Assembly (NCBI RefSeq): GCF_006345805.1 | Contig: NC_043004.1 | Span: forward strand, 68,510,001-68,574,000 | Length of the DNA stretch: 64,000 nt | Direction of reading: 5' to 3' | From: Octopus sinensis | Lineage: Eukaryota | Program-made: the position numbers and the translations under genes | Notes under the pieces: generated by a model | Told to the model about the DNA's origin: nothing | What the model saw: only the letters and a program-made list of their open reading frames with translations | The model's database searches: none | Part shown: positions 37,615 through 50,159 of the stretch, piece after piece | How the letters are laid out: each line of letters begins with the position of its first letter | Position numbering within the stretch: position 1 is the stretch's first letter

Positions 37615-40083
37615 CTAACCATCAGAACGTTTCCCTTCCACAAGAAGCGAAAGAGTATACGTTCCAGTTTGGTGACGATACTCGATGACGGATGCGATGT
37701 ACGCGTTCGCCACCTCCGCCCGACCTTTTAGGGATAGCTTTCCCTCAGCCCATTTCTGGGTGAGAGTAGCCACCCTAGTCGTTATCTCGCCCCAGTTCTT
37801 CTCCATTTGGAGGTCCGGACCGAACCAGACCCCGAGCAATTTAACCGGTCCGTCCGTCCAGCGTCCCACGATGGAGACGCTGTTGGACGGCATGGGCCTG
37901 CTTCTCCAGGTGCCGAGCCGCAAGCCCACTGACTTTTCCCGGTTAATTTTTGCTCCCGTTACCGCTTCGTATTCTTTTAGTGTCTCGCCGACCAGCTCGA
38001 TGTGCTCGTAGCTCGACACTATGACGGTGACGTCATCCGCGTATGCAGACACGCTCCTCCCGCATCCCAGGTCTCGTGGGATGCCCCTCAGCGTCGCCAG
38101 TTTCCGCAGCAGTGGCTCAAGAGTCAATACATACAGCAGCGATGAGAGGGGGCATCCCTGACGAACCGAACGCATGATGTTAAAAGGTCTGGATAGATGA
38201 CCATTTACGCGAACTACTGAGCGGATGCCGCTGTATAAGGCAGCGATCCAACCGCGGAAAACTGGACCGAAACCAGCCGCGTTAAGGACAGCCTCCAAGT
38301 AGTGATGGTCTACCCTATCGAAAGCTTTTGATTGATCCAAATTGATCAGCGCCCCACCCATGCCAGGATTCTTAACTACCCTGTCTATGATGTAGCGCAT
38401 CAGATGGAGGTTGTCATGAATACTTCTACCCGGCACGGCGCATGTTTGCGCCTTGTCGATTAGTTTCTTGATGACAAGCGCCAACCTCTCGGCTAACACC
38501 TTCGCCAAAATTTTAAAATCTGCGTTGAGCAGAGTGATGGGCCTGAAATTATCTATGACGTCCCCCTTGTTTGGGTCTTTCTTAATCAGTGCCACTGCTC
38601 CTCGCTTTACAAAAGCAGGAATACTCCCGTTTTGCTGCCGGTTGCAGTAGACAGCTGCCAAGACGCCTCCAAACAAGTCTGGCATATGAAAATAAAGTTC
38701 GTAGGGCAGACCATCCAAGCCTGGTGACTTGTCTCTCGCGCAGCCTACCATCGCATCCTGTACGTCCGCAGCTGTGATAGGCCTTTCACAAGACTCCACC
38801 TCTCTTGCTGAGAGTCGTGGCAAGGCATGCAGGTAGGCACTAAAGTCCACTCTGCGTTCTGACCCAAACAGTTGGGTGAAGTGTTGTTGAAAAGCCCCAC
38901 ACATCCTTTTAGGCTCGAGCAATTCGCGCCCCTGTTCATCTATAAGAGACTCGATGGTGGCTCTGTTGCCTCGTTGCGTCTCCACCACTCGGGCCTCTTG
39001 GGCGGCTCCAATTCCTTCGTTCCTCAGAGCACGCATCCTAGCTCTGACAACGCATCCCTCGTGTTTGGCGTTGAGGTGTTGGTCGAGGGCCAATCTCGCC
39101 GCCAGCACGTTGGACGCGATGCCAGTTCTAAGTGCCTCTTCTAAAACCTTAACTAATTCTCCCTCTATTCTATTTCGGTCTAATGCTAGGGCTTTACTGT
39201 ATCTGACTGATTCTGCTTTAATTGCTTTTTTTAGGGCATACCACCATCTGTTGTTGATGATGGTACCCGTCAAAGCTCTCTTAACTAATGTGCTGATCCG
39301 GTCCCTGTAAACCTGTCGTGCTGTAAAAGACGCGTTCAGTTTCCAGTAACCAGGACCTTGCCTATGTGTCTTATCTAAGTCAAGTGTACAAGTCACAAAC
39401 TTGTGGTCTGTGTAACTGACTATATGAAATTGTGGACAACCTACACTATTTTTATCTATTGTCCTACAGAATACTCTATCTAAGTATGATCTGGACGACC
39501 CGATGCGGTTACTCCATGTCCACATTGGCACATTCGGGTGGTCCAGTCGGTACCTGTCAGACAGTTGGAAACGTCTGAGCAGGTCTTTGAGGCATTTGCA
39601 TCCCCTTCTATTGCTATCTCTGCCCACGTAGTCAAGATGCATGTCCAGGGTGGCATTCGAATCCCCCACTAAAAGTAAAGGACGAGACGTTCCCATGAAA
39701 GACTCTAGACGTCGAAAGAAATCTGGTCGACCTGTTAAGGACGGAGCATAAACTGCTATCAGTCGAAAAGCACACTCATTGTTGCCATCGACATCCAAAA
39801 CGACCAGCCTACCCTCCGGGTCTAGGAAAATTGCTCTTACTTTGAGATCCAGACTCTTCCGGAGAAGCACCGCGGTGCCACCTCCGCCCATTCTCGGTAG
39901 ACACGGAGAAAAATAAATGTTGAAATGTGTACCGAAACTGTGCTGGAGTGCCCGCAAGCTGTGGAGTCTGGTCTCACTGACGGCTATGATATTCAGATTT
40001 AGTGACTTGATGTCATTTAACAGGTAGCCTTGTTTCCAAGGCAACCCCAAGTCACGTACATTTATACTGCCTATTCTGAGCAT
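37615..40083 (-). CDS. Tx1 ORF2, uninterrupted 822-aa APE plus RT segment (C-terminus continues frameshifted to 37131)
   Basis: ORF track: MLRIGSINV, VSETR, GDSN, SYTDH, FRPITLLNADFKILAK, QGCPLS, YADD. Confidence 0.92.
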   Translation of the reverse strand: MLRIGSINVRDLGLPWKQGYLLNDIKSLNLNIIAVSETRLHSLRALQHSFGTHFNIYFSPCLPRMGGGGTAVLLRKSLDLKVRAIFLDPEGRLVVLDVDGNNECAFRLIAVYAPSLTGRPDFFRRLESFMGTSRPLLLVGDSNATLDMHLDYVGRDSNRRGCKCLKDLLRRFQLSDRYRLDHPNVPMWTWSNRIGSSRSYLDRVFCRTIDKNSVGCPQFHIVSYTDHKFVTCTLDLDKTHRQGPGYWKLNASFTARQVYRDRISTLVKRALTGTIINNRWWYALKKAIKAESVRYSKALALDRNRIEGELVKVLEEALRTGIASNVLAARLALDQHLNAKHEGCVVRARMRALRNEGIGAAQEARVVETQRGNRATIESLIDEQGRELLEPKRMCGAFQQHFTQLFGSERRVDFSAYLHALPRLSAREVESCERPITAADVQDAMVGCARDKSPGLDGLPYELYFHMPDLFGGVLAAVYCNRQQNGSIPAFVKRGAVALIKKDPNKGDVIDNFRPITLLNADFKILAKVLAERLALVIKKLIDKAQTCAVPGRSIHDNLHLMRYIIDRVVKNPGMGGALINLDQSKAFDRVDHHYLEAVLNAAGFGPVFRGWIAALYSGIRSVVRVNGHLSRPFNIMRSVRQGCPLSSLLYVLTLEPLLRKLATLRGIPRDLGCGRSVSAYADDVTVIVSSYEHIELVGETLKEYEAVTGAKINREKSVGLRLGTWRSRPMPSNSVSIVGRWTDGPVKLLGVWFGPDLQMEKNWGEITTRVATLTQKWAEGKLSLKGRAEVANAYIASVIEYRHQTGTYTLSLLVEGKRSDG

Positions 40084-40151
40084 GTTCCGATAAAAAATTG
40101 TGTTTTACACACGAAAAGGAAGTGCAAAAAAGGAAAGAGAGAGAGAAAAGG

Positions 40152-42348
40152 TTACTTGTTCGAAAGTCCTTTGTTTTTCACCTCACAGTCTTCTTCCATG
40201 ACGTTTTTGTATAGTTTCTTTGATGAATACTTTTGAAATCTCCCTACTGCATCAGGGTAAAGAGATTTCAGGGTGCTGTATGTGTTCTGTGTTACGTGTA
40301 TTATTTTAATGTGTTGTGGTGGTGTTGTGCGTGGGTGGTTACTTGTTTTTATGTCGTTTTCAGTTATGTTGGTGTTTGACCTAATGTGTTCCATTAGGTC
40401 GTGGTTGTTTGTGTTTATGGCTGTCAACATTATTGGGGGGTTTGATGATGGTGTGTTTGTGTTGATGTGTTTGTTTTCTGTGGATGTTTTTGTTTCGGGA
40501 GTGGTGAATCTTCCTGCTTTATTTGTTATCTTTTCTTTTCTTTTTTTCCCCTTTTTCTTCTCCCCCCTGTGGCTATTTGCCAATCTTCTGTGTCTTCTTC
40601 GTCTAATGACAAATCAGAAGAATCAGAGCTTGGAAGAGGGAAAATATTGGGGTCTATTGTAGACAGTGTTGATTTTGTTGTTGGTTTTGGTTGGTAAGCG
40701 TTAGGTTGTGGTGTATGTGGTTTTGGCGGTGGGGTGTGGGTATTTTGTGTTTGAGTGATTGTAGGTATTGTTGTGTTGTTTGGGGTGTCAATTTTGTGGG
40801 GATTTGGAGTAGTAATTGTTTCTTCATTTTCGATGAGTGTCTTTTTGGCAGATGTCCTTGGTTTGGGAGTTGGTTCATTCTTGGTTGTTGTTGGTGGTGT
40901 TGCTTCTGTTCTTGGTGCAGTTGGTGTGGTTGTTTGGTTGGTGAGGTTTGTTTTTTGTTGATTTTCTGTGATTAGACCTGTTCGTGCAAAACGTGGTGTG
41001 GGTAGTAAAGCTGGTTTATTTGTTTTTTCCGGCTGCTGTTGTTGTTACTGTTGTTTTCTTGCGGCAGATTTGCAATCTTTTTTTAGGTGTTGCTCACTGC
41101 CGCATATGTAGCAACGTGGTCTTCTGCCATCGACGACCACATACAACTTGTGGTCTTCTGATACACATATATGGGTGGGTATTTTCTTTATGTCCTCTTG
41201 GTTTATTTGTAGTAGAAATTCTACTTTTTTCCCCACCCAGTTTTTGTGCTCCGTGACCGTGGTTTCTAAAATTGTGAAATCTTCCATTTTCACACATAAG
41301 GCCTTTACTAGCCATAGATTGTTAGCTATTTTTGGGACATTGTTTAAAGTGATCTTAGTCACTTTCTGTCCACGATAGCTTGGTGTTAGTTGAAGTTCAT
41401 CTGAAGTTCATTAGCGTTGAGAAACGTCTTGCTGTGGAAGACCACTTGTATGTATGCGAACTTGTTCCACCAGGTCACATACTCTTTGTAGTTCCAGATG
41501 GGTTTCAAGCATTTTTCTATTTTGCTTGTGTTAGCCTTCTCTGGACTTTTTGTTTTCTTATTAATTATTTTATATATAATTGTTCTTTTTTTCATCTTCT
41601 AATATTTCTTGTGGTATGTTTATTTTTACTATACCATCTACTTCCGTTATTGAAATGTTCATGTCTTTTATTTGTTGTGCAGTAAAATATACTATTGTCT
41701 TTTTTTCTTTTATCGCCTCGGCGAAATTTGTTGTTGTTTTGTTATTGTTGTTGCTGGTGGTGATGTTGTTGTTGGCTGCAGTTGGTAAAATCGGTGTATT
41801 TGGTTTGATTGTGCAAGTAGAAGGGGTGGAAAATTACTTGCATAGTTTATCCCTGTATTCAAGCAGCTTTTGTCAATTTGTTTGGTGGTCACAGTCTTTT
41901 GTTTATTCCCTTCAGTTCTTGTTGTTGGAGTAAAACAGGTCTGAACGGAATTGTTGTTGTTGTTATTGTTGTTTTTGTTGTTGGTGGTGGTGTCAGTGGC
42001 AGAAGAGACAGCCGTGGCAGCAGATGTCGAAATGGTGGCGCAAATGTTATTATTCTTGTTGTCATTGTTATTGTTGTTGTTTTTGGTAGTTGAGGTAGTG
42101 GATGAGGTGGCGGTGGTGGTGGTGGTGGTGGAGGCGGTGGTGGTAGCAGTAGTAGTCTTCTTGTTGTTGTTGTTAGTGGTGGTGGTGACAGTGCTGTTAT
42201 CGCAAGTGGTTGCAGCGTTCACTGCCACGTCATTTAGGTTTGCACTTTGCGTGCATGAGTTCTTTTGTTCTTCTAGCGTTTCCAGACTGGGAGAATGTTG
42301 GTCGATAAAGGAACGCGACCATCGTCCTACAATACATTTTCTCGACAT
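40152..42348 (-). pseudogene. Tx1 ORF1, frameshifted
   Basis: MSRKCIV start, T/N-rich region, RPRCYICGSEQHLKKDC knuckle, C-terminal block DAVGRFQKYSSKKLY. Confidence 0.82.
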
Positions 42349-42547
42349 TTTCGAAATGTCGAGAAAAAAATTACACCAATTAAATAGGGTTGAAACTGCC
42401 ACTAGGGGCGAATTCCTCCCTTGGAAAAGCACCCAAAAGAAAGTTGGGTGCCTTACACACCTTATTTACAAAAATGTACAGCAAAAATTGGGCTATAAAT
42501 AATCAAAATAAACGATTACCTTCGGAGCCGAAGTGACAGCACGTCCG

Positions 42548-42548
<1 letters not shown>

Positions 42549-42610
<62 letters not shown>

Positions 42611-42770
42611 GTAGGTAGGTAGGTAGGTAGGTAGGTAGGTAGGTAGGTAGGTAGGTAGGTAGGTAGGTAGGTAGGTAGGTAGGTATGTAGATAGGTAGAT
42701 AGATAGATAGATACACAGAAAGATAGGCAGTCAGACAGAGCAAACAGACAGACAGGCAGACAGATAGATA
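42549..42770. repeat. (GATA)n-(GGTA)n-(GACA)n compound array at the 5' end of Tx1 copy C
   Basis: Direct reading. Confidence 0.95.
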
Positions 42771-43374
42771 GAAAATATATTGCACCTAGAGGAATGCAGT
42801 GATTCATATCAACAATATAACTGGCACTGTATTTAGTGTTTGTATTTTGTTCTGGTTGTCGATGGTGCCAATGGTAGTACTTAACCCTAAGTCAGGACAT
42901 ATGGAGCAGACGAACAAATACATTGCAATTTTGACTATCTTGTATCGTTTGGAATTTTCTGAGGCTGCATTATCTTCATGGATTTTTCAGTTTTTCATTT
43001 AAGAAATTGGGTTATAAATTTTCTAAAAGTATTCACACTATTCATAACAGGTCAAGCGACCAGGGGAGGCACTTTTCCCTGTCAGACGAAAGAAAGAGCA
43101 TTTGAAAGACTAAGAATTTAGCTAGCAGCAAATTAGTACATAAAATGAGCCAAATAGTCAAGTTTCAGAGTACCTCTTCGATTCAGAAAGACCATAGTTC
43201 AAATTTCGCCTCTTATTTTCTTTTCTATATTTTGCCAGGGTAATATTATTTACATACCATGGATTTGACGCATCTTCGATTAAAAATACTGCAAATGTTT
43301 AGCATTTAAAACACAACGACTTATAGATACAGGAATTTACCTAATATTGAAGCGTTTGTATGAGATAGTATAAG

Positions 43375-43599
43375 CAGTAACCCCTCGCCATATCGCGGTT
43401 CACCAATTGCGGTTTATTATTTAAGCTTACGTCTATTCGTCAGTGGTGCTGTTTTCTGTTTATAATAAACTATATATATGCAAATTATAAAGATAATTAA
43501 CAAAAATATAAAGTATACAGTACTCTTTCAACCTCACGAACTTTCCTCTATAACGGAGGCGTTTGGAACTTAACACCCGCGTAATTTGAGGGATTACTG
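43375..43599. mobile_element. pogo/Tigger-like MITE
   Basis: Imperfect TIRs CAGTAACCCCTCGCCATATCGCGG / CCGCGTAATTTGAGGGATTACTG; TA seen only on the right side. Confidence 0.7.
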
Positions 43600-43684
43600 T
43601 AAATATAAACACACCTCAAACACACATACAGAAATAATCATACACACACAAACACACACACACACATATATGTATATATATATA

Positions 43685-43728
<44 letters not shown>

Positions 43729-43907
43729 GTCATACAAGAAGACACAGACAAACACACAATACAAATATATGTATATCTTTGTTCGATGGAAACGTATACT
43801 TATGTATGTTTGTATTATGTACGCATGTATGTATATTGGTGTGTATGTTATATATATGCAAATTTATAGATCTATACACAGATACACATATATATTTATA
43901 TACACAC

Positions 43908-43947
<40 letters not shown>

Positions 43948-43995
43948 TGTATATATACATAAATACATCTATATATAATATATAATATACATGTA

Positions 43996-44053
<58 letters not shown>

Positions 44054-44751
44054 TGTATGTATGTATATTGTATATACTGGAGTGCGTAAGAGATAGTGAT
44101 ATATATGAACTTCTACAAAACTCTGTGCCTATGAAGATGAGTGTAAATATTACACACAGCAGTGTGTGTGTATCTGTATGTGAGTGTGCGCGCGTGTGTA
44201 TGCGTGCGTGCGCGTGTGCGTGTACGTGTTTGTCATATGAAAAGAAATATTTATGATGGGAGAAAATTTTTTCAAGGAATCACCAATGTTGAAAAATGGA
44301 AAGGGAAAAATAAAAACTATAAAGAATGAACTACTTACACAATAGATTGTGTTTTATCTGCAGATAGGAAACAAAAAAAATATTCGTGAAAACAGGCGAA
44401 AAATAAAAAAAACATTTGAACACGAAGTTTTCAGATCAGAAAAAAAAAATCTTTTGCTATCATGAGGTGTGAAAATGTTTTTGAAAAAGGGAACAGAGAA
44501 ATTTTACGTTTATATTTGGGTGGATTTTTTCCACATTTCTATGTGGACTTCAGAGTTTTATTTTCCTGTCTAATTCTTGCTATTTACTTCTATTTTTTTT
44601 CTGGGTATTTAATTTTATTTGTTTTTTTTTATCTATCTATTTTCATTATTTTCATTTTATATCTTTCTCTCCCTAGAAATCCAGTTTTCAGCGCGATTAT
44701 TTTTTAGGCTCTGACGTAGAAAGTTCTCACTCACATACAAACGCACGCATG

Positions 44752-44819
<68 letters not shown>

Positions 44820-44833
44820 TGTATGTATGTATG

Positions 44834-44887
<54 letters not shown>

Positions 44888-45863
44888 TGTATGTTATGTA
44901 TGTGTATCTCTGTACATATATGTAGGTGTTGGTACATACACATGCACGCATGCATATATACACATATACAAATACTTATACATGCATGTGTGTGTGTGTG
45001 TGTGTGTTTGTGTACAAATTTCATTTTAGTTAGGTAAATTTTTGTGGCGAGTTGAATTACTACAGTAACACGTCGAAAATTAGCAGCTGCGTTTCTGAAG
45101 CACACACACACACAAGCTCACAGACACACACACACACATACACAAACACCCCACACACACATGCAGATACAGATACAAACATTCTTACCTCACATACATA
45201 TATACATACGTATTTGCCTGTACGAGTATAACCACGTGGATTGATGGATGGATGGATGGATGGATGGAATGGTGGATGGATGGATGCATTCAAGTATAAA
45301 TGTTCTACAATATATATTTACCAATTCAAAATTTCCCATGGTTATATGGAGATGCATCGTGCTCAAACGCCACACAGAAATATTTAGATATACGTGTACA
45401 CATTGCATACGTAAAAGTATGTGTGTACGTATGAGTTTGCACAATGTCGTTATGTTTGTGTAAGTGCGCATGCGTATGTGTTCAACTGAGTCTGCCCTCT
45501 ATTATAGATTTTGTTATTTCGTGTGAATCAGGATTGAATAAATATATATTAGAAGATATGTAAGCCACCATTGTATCGGTATTAGGTTTCACAACCTAAT
45601 AACCTTATACTGCAATTCGATGAATACTTTTATAATAGTTAGGAAACTTACATTTGTTTTGCTTCATTCAAACAAAATGTCACCCCAATCTAAGAAATCG
45701 ATCGCCACCTTTGACCTAAATGATGTGTGCTGACTCAATGCAATGCTGAAATAGAGTATTTGAAATTTCAGCTTTCTAGTTGAAGTAGTTTCAGAGTTAC
45801 GGCTTTTAAAACTATAACCATTAGATGGCACTAGATTCACGCTTCAGTATTTCCGCTGCCTAT

Positions 45864-47093
45864 ATCCTTGTAAACGCAAGAGAGATGTGGAATAAAAATA
45901 TATTAATACATTTCTAAGATTATTGAATTGACATTGCTCTCGGTTATTTTAAGAAAACTAGTCATTGCATTTTGATGACCAAGAATACCATGTGCTGGTT
46001 TTAGAGAATGAGCAGTGGGAAGTTAAATTAGAACCACTCCAATTACCAAACGGAAAATCCGATACTGTTGTGAAAGAAATAACAGCTGTCTTAGATGAAT
46101 ACAATTTATGGAACTGTGTAAAGATGATTGTCGCTGATCCAACGAGTGTTAACACAGGGAAAAGAAATGGCATTGTCATTCAGTTGCAAAGACTGTTTGC
46201 TCAAAAGATTTGAAAGAACCACAATTTATTGGTTGTCAGCATCATATCCTTGATAGAGTTCTTCGTGTTGTAATGGATAACGAACTTGGAGAAAATAAAG
46301 TCATTTCCCAATCTTTGCCAGAGCTTCTAAGTAACTACGAGAAACTCCAGGCTAATTTCAACAATGGTGAAGAAAAGATTACCTAATCAGCAGGATGGCG
46401 AGATAACATGAAATTTCTATTTCCTTTAACCAGAAATTTCCGTTTCTTTGAAGAAACCTGCAAATTTCCTACTGTAAAGTTTCAAAAATACCCAACTTCA
46501 GTAATGCAAGATGGAATTCTCGAGCAATATTAGCTCTTTTGGCAATTATTCTTCTACCAAAGAAAAGAGTTTTGCTTCTCAAATCTTTGTCGATTCATCT
46601 CTTACAGCTGAGCAGATTTTTGGTTTACAGACCAAATGTTCAATGCACGTGATTATCAGAAGTTGTGTGGTGGTAGCTTGTAAGTTCATAAAAAAGCATT
46701 CAACTCTGTAAAAATCTTTTGGAGTCAAGAATTATCAAAACTGGAAATTCCAAGAACTAATCAGAGTAAAGAACGAGAAATCAAGTGCCTTCAAGAACTT
46801 TATGATGTTTTGTAAGAAGGAGAGAAACTTTAGCTTCGATTTATTTTATCTAACAAAACATTAATTCTGTTTATGTTTTAAAATTTGCTAACATTCAACA
46901 CCGTTTTTCTTATACTGTTATTTAAAATAGGAATTAAACGTATAAAGTTGAAAATATGTATAGTTTTTTTAAATTTTGTATGTTATAGAATGCTTATAGT
47001 GGCCTTAAAATAACCGAGAGCAATATCAATTAAGTAATCTTAAAAATGTACAAATACATTTTTATTCCACATCTCCCTTGCGTTTACAAGGAT
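45864..47093 (+). mobile_element. Internally deleted hAT-like (hATm-type) DNA transposon with ~90-bp inverted repeats
   Basis: IRs at 45864-45953 and 47004-47093. Transposase relic HFDD, DPTSVNTGKRNG, GCQHHILD, WRDNMKFL, SNARWNSRA. Confidence 0.78.
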
Positions 47094-47271
47094 TTACATA
47101 CATACATACATACATGCATGCATACGTACATTCTTAAGAATGTATGTATGTTAAGAATGTATGTATGTACGCATGCATGCATGCATACATACATTCATAC
47201 ATACATACATACATACATACATACATACATACATACATACATACATACATACACACATACATGCATTCCTA

Positions 47272-47590
47272 ACTCCGTCGGTTACGACGACGAGGGCCCC
47301 AGCTGATACGATCAACGGAACAGTTTGCTTGTGAAATTAACGTACAAGTGGCTGAGCAATCCACAGACACGTGTAACCTTAACGTAGTTCTCGGGGAGAT
47401 ACAGCGTGACACAAAATGTAACATGACCGGCCCTTTGAAATACAGGTACTACTCATTTCTACCAGCTGAGTGGACTGGAGCAACGTGAAATAAAGTATCT
47501 TGCTCAAGGGCACAACCCGTCGCCGGGAATTGAACTCACGACCTCACGATCGTGAGCTGAAATCCCTAATCACTAAGGCACGGGCCATCG
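47272..47590 (-). mobile_element. SINE family C, full length
   Basis: tRNA-like head (GAGTTCAATTCC B-box), CTTGAGCAAG body, 3' ccctcgtcgtcgtaaccgacggag. Confidence 0.88.
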
Positions 47591-47695
47591 CCATACATAC
47601 ATACATACATACATACATACATACATACATAAAATACATACATACATACATACATACATAAAATACATACATACATACATACATACATACATACA

Positions 47696-47726
<31 letters not shown>

Positions 47727-48833
47727 GCATGCATGTATATATGATGGAATTCGTCACCGGTGTTTTACTAAACTCCCACGAGTATCGGGGCTATAATTTC
47801 AGACCTTGGTCCAAGATACAGTGCAGTGGTAGTGTAATGATCTCGAAACCACATGGTGTCCAAGGGAACCGCTTAACCACACAGCCATGTCTGCACTAAA
47901 TAGTTATATATGAAACATTCCTTTAGTTATATTCTAATCATCGAACTCAATAATGAAAAAGTCGGTTATTTAACTAAACACCTTGAAATTCTTGATTAAT
48001 TTCAATATTAATTAAATCCCAATGTATTTCATTAAAAATCTGGTCACGAAAGGGTTAACTAACAAAAAGAAAATTCGACAAATATCTCTAAAATTAGTTA
48101 ATTTATTCTTTATAAATGCCACACACAGCATGTGACAGTTGAGGTTAATTAATTTCGTGGCCATTGGTAACTGTCACCGTATGATCAAATGCAGTTGTCA
48201 TTAAGCGGGTAAATGAATTAGCTCCTACTTTTTATCGAACCTTTGCGAGAGGGTTGTATGAATGAGCCTGAATATTTACGCACTACGAGATACCTAAAAT
48301 ATTCAATTCCTGTCTACTATACACATTACAGTAGAGTAAGCTAGGCGACTGGTAGTGTCGCTAGATTATCGAATAGACTAACAGACGGAATAATGTTTCG
48401 GCATTCGTTCCGGCGCTGTGAGTGCAAATACTGAAATACTCAACGTTGATTCTCCTCTTTTCCGCCAGGTGACATGAAGTAGCAGTCAAAAGCGAAGTTC
48501 GTTTCTTGCCTTTCTCACGCTTGCGGTTTTTTTTCGAAAAGGAAATCGGTGTTGGGTTTGATCCCGACATTGGTAAAGGTTGTCTCCATATTAGAATATC
48601 GAAGACAGTGCTCCAGGAACACCTTCAGAAGTTGAGAACCCTTAATATCACCACACAGAACAGCAGAGCTAAAAACTCGACAAGTAGAGTTAGCACCGTG
48701 GTTTTCCTTTTAAATTACTATCATTTAACGTGGCAAATTTAATTAATTCTTTCGAGAAAGTCAAAGCGGCGTTTATTTATGTGCGTACGTATACATGTAC
48801 GTATGCATGAATGTGTGCATCAATGTAAGTATT

Positions 48834-48896
<63 letters not shown>

Positions 48897-48975
48897 GCAT
48901 ATACATGTATATAAAAGTATATATATATATGCATATACATACATATATCATGCATATATGTGAGCATGTGAATGT

Positions 48976-49016
<41 letters not shown>

Positions 49017-49059
49017 TATAGTATGTGTGTGTGTGTTGTGTGTTGTGTGTGTGTGTGTG

Positions 49060-49135
49060 TGGAGAATTCACAACAAAGAAACAAAGACGGAGACAAGTGG
49101 TGTTGAAACAAACAGAATATTAGTATAACGCTACA
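49060..49135 (-). mobile_element. Family H 3' fragment
   Basis: Aligns with 15765-15840 and 27925-27995. Confidence 0.65.
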
Positions 49136-49162
49136 TATATATATATAAGCTATATATATATA

Positions 49163-49193
<31 letters not shown>

Positions 49194-49316
49194 CTTTATT
49201 TAAAAGCACCAGAAAATTCAACAAAACCTGTTACTATATATATAATGTGACCGCGTGTGTACCGTTGGCGATTTTTTTTCCTCTGTCTCCCTCCTTTTGA
49301 TCTTTTCTTTTCTTAT

Positions 49317-49349
49317 TTTCTGACGAAGAGCTCCGCTCGAAACGTTGAA
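49317..49349 (+). ncRNA. Minimal type I HHR motif with intact core
   Basis: TTT-CTGACGA-A-GAGC-TCC-GCTC-GAAA-CG-TT-GAA; palindromic ACGT helix III; helix I only 3 bp. Confidence 0.6.
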
Positions 49350-49450
49350 CCCTCCTTCATTCCTTCTTTACTGAGCGTCCAATAATTACTAATTGTGTTT
49401 TCATGTTTGGATTACTTTTATATATATATATATATTATATATACACTCAC

Positions 49451-49490
<40 letters not shown>

Positions 49491-49537
49491 TATATATAAT
49501 ATATATATACATGTATATTTATATATACACACATTTA

Positions 49538-49569
<32 letters not shown>

Positions 49570-49601
49570 ACCAAGAAAAAAGCAACAAGAATGGATCGGA
49601 A

Positions 49602-49691
49602 GATTAGTACAATTGTTTCATACTATAAACATTTTATTTCAAGCTGCAAATATTACAGCAAATATAATGTCAAGTATTCATCAGCTAAATC
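49602..49691 (-). ncRNA. Type I HHR, mirror copy in the left arm
   Basis: Same core and stems as 49887-49976 on the opposite strand; one difference in a helix II bulge. Confidence 0.75.
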
Positions 49692-49886
49692 ACATAGGTT
49701 TTCCATATATTCTTAGAGAGTGTAAATATCCTTATGAAGTTATAGGAGTGAGTTCCATGAATCTGAAGTGAGATTCCAAGCAGACTATATATGTTTTCCA
49801 GCAATACAAAGTTTTTAAATTGAACTCACTCCTATAACTTCATAAGGATATTCCCACTCTCTAAGATATTTGTAAAACCTATATGT

Positions 49887-49976
49887 GATTTAGCTGATGA
49901 ATACTTGACATTATATTTGCTGTAATATTTGCAGCTTTAAATAAAATGTTTATAGTATGAAACAATTGTACTAATC
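49887..49976 (+). ncRNA. Type I HHR with extended helix II
   Basis: GATTTAG-CTGATGA-[58-nt hairpin, ATACT/AGTAT base]-GAAA-CAATTG-TA-CTAATC; predicted cleavage after 49970. Confidence 0.75.
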
Positions 49977-50115
49977 TTCCGATCCATTCTTGTTGCTTTT
50001 TACTTGGTTATAATCACCCCACATAATTTTATGGTTAATACCATAAAAAATTCTGGTGTATCTAAGTTAAGTACCATATTCATTTGAATTCATTTGAATC
50101 TTATTGTTTTGCTGA

Positions 50116-50159
<44 letters not shown>

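Larger units (their letters stand above)
36786..42548 (-). mobile_element. L1/Tx1-clade LINE, near full-length copy C (different subfamily from A)
   Basis: Same organisation as A; ORF2 clearly homologous, ORF1 much more diverged; both ends abut GATA arrays. Confidence 0.94.
49566..50012. repeat. Near-perfect long inverted repeat (~193-bp arms, ~60-bp spacer)
   Basis: 49566-49758 is the reverse complement of 49819-50012 with few mismatches. Confidence 0.95.

Noticed and set aside
42380-42548. HDV-like ribozyme at the Tx1 5' end
   Set aside because: Hairpins exist (CTTCGG/CCGAAG, GCACCCAA/TTGGGTGC), but I could not build the nested double pseudoknot, and copy A does not share them.
47940-48058. 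piggyBac-like MITE end AAAGGGTTAA
   Set aside because: No matching left end found.
48445-48500. Strong splice acceptor TTCTCCTCTTTTCCGCCAG
   Set aside because: All three frames stop within a few codons; could only be a non-coding exon and cannot be supported.
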